DNA of 42,326 nt. It comes from Betaproteobacteria bacterium RIFCSPLOWO2_02_FULL_62_17. GTDB taxonomy: Bacteria > Pseudomonadota > Gammaproteobacteria > Burkholderiales > SG8-39. This document shows positions 41,907 through 42,326 of the stretch, one piece after another. A model generated the notes under the pieces. The model saw nothing but the letters and a program-made list of their open reading frames with translations, had not been told where the DNA came from and ran no database searches. The position numbers and the translations under genes are program-made. Every line of letters begins with the position of its first letter. The stretch's first letter is position 1. The stretch covers positions 1 through 42,326 of the forward strand of contig MEQV01000279.1 in the NCBI GenBank assembly GCA_001770355.1, in the 5' to 3' direction.

Positions 41907-42034
41907 GCCGCGAGTTCCGCGCTCGCGCTCGCGCTCGGCCGCATTGAGCTAGTAGTGCGGAGAGCACTCCCCAGCGCTCCTACGCCACACGAGCCCGTCA
42001 AGGCAAGGCGCGCGCATGAGGGTCGCGGCGCATT

Positions 42035-42265
42035 TCACGCCACGAGGGATATTTCCCGGTGCGCGCCGCCCGACTCGACGATCAATGCACCGTGGTCCCC
42101 GGTCAGTCGTTCGTTGGCGTTCAGCAACTCGACGCCATAGACGCGGTCCCGGGCGGCAATGTCAATGTTCACGTCATCGCTGATCTTGAGCGTCGTCACC
42201 TGCCCCAGTTTCTCGTGGAATCGTATGTAGGCAACATTGCCTTTCGGATCGTAACTGAGTTTCAT
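42035..42265 (-). CDS. DUF2283-family small protein
   Basis: MKLSYDPKGNVAYIRFHEKLGQVTTLKISDDVNIDIAARDRVYGVELLNANERL matches the YDxExDxLYIxF...D...GxxxGIEIL pattern of DUF2283. These proteins are often the downstream partner of a DUF4258 gene, which would lie beyond the right edge. Confidence 0.6.
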   Translation of the reverse strand: MKLSYDPKGNVAYIRFHEKLGQVTTLKISDDVNIDIAARDRVYGVELLNANERLTGDHGALIVESGGAHREISLVA

Positions 42266-42326
42266 GAGAGTAGATGGCTAGGCCGGATCAAGGTGGGCTA
42301 CGGGTATGGCCTCTGTCTTTTCGGGC

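Noticed and set aside
1-42326. Looked for tRNA, rRNA, CRISPR arrays, IS elements or transposases, and integrases at the island edges.
   Set aside because: I saw no cloverleaf-like or rRNA-like stretches, no regularly spaced short repeats, and no transposase- or integrase-like translations in the ORF track.
42266-42326. Possible 3' end of a DUF4258-type partner gene upstream of the DUF2283 gene at the right edge.
   Set aside because: Only about 60 nt are available, with no recognisable motif. The idea rests solely on the usual DUF4258-DUF2283 pairing.

Overview
All calls come from reading the supplied translations and DNA by eye; no searches were run. The window is a high-GC, proteobacterial-type chromosomal segment with an AT-richer, mosaic surface-glycan island in the middle.

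Layout, left to right:
1. 1-5042: a type I secretion locus. It holds a PrtD-type ABC gene, a HlyD adaptor, the 5' end of a large DUF4347-type substrate gene that runs off the left edge, and a divergently transcribed small RTX-like protein.
2. 5147-6494: a decayed patch. Two direct-repeat sulfotransferase gene fragments bracket a PIN-type toxin-antitoxin (TA) pair whose toxin is frameshifted.
3. 6564-7429: an H-NS-family gene and a divergent MarR-type EPS-associated regulator.
4. About 7.5-36.1 kb: the glycan cluster.
   - An MsbA/PglK-like ABC exporter, then pseB and pseC.
   - An aldo-keto-reductase::SpsF-type cytidylyltransferase fusion, a class III aminotransferase and three methyltransferases. 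One methyltransferase is fused to a degenerate second SpsF-like domain.
   - Two Fe-type alcohol dehydrogenases and a split ComD/ComE-like (phosphono/sulfopyruvate) ThDP decarboxylase.
   - A NeuB/PseI-type synthase, an ATP-grasp ligase, a second NeuB-like barrel without a SAF domain, and a PseG-like GT-B protein.
   - A GH57-like protein, a LIC12162-family putative transferase, three GT2 glycosyltransferases and one polytopic Wzy-like protein.
   - A WbaP-type initiating phosphotransferase with an extra N-terminal domain.
5. 36526-38110: an rmlB N-terminal remnant fused directly to intact rmlA-rmlC. No rmlD is present.
6. 38160-39380: a Wzz-like co-polymerase.
7. 39.6-42.3 kb: a TA nest. It holds Xre(DUF2384)-RES, a PIN/RHH cassette inserted beside it with a near-identical 277-bp duplication of the RES 3' end, and a DUF2283 gene.

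I recognised no rRNA, tRNA, CRISPR array, transposase or integrase.

The most interesting item is the Pse-type nonulosonate pathway. It has no recognisable PseH acetyltransferase. It carries an unexplained module instead: a split ThDP decarboxylase, two Fe-ADHs, an ATP-grasp ligase and an extra NeuB-like barrel. This may encode an undescribed sugar modification.
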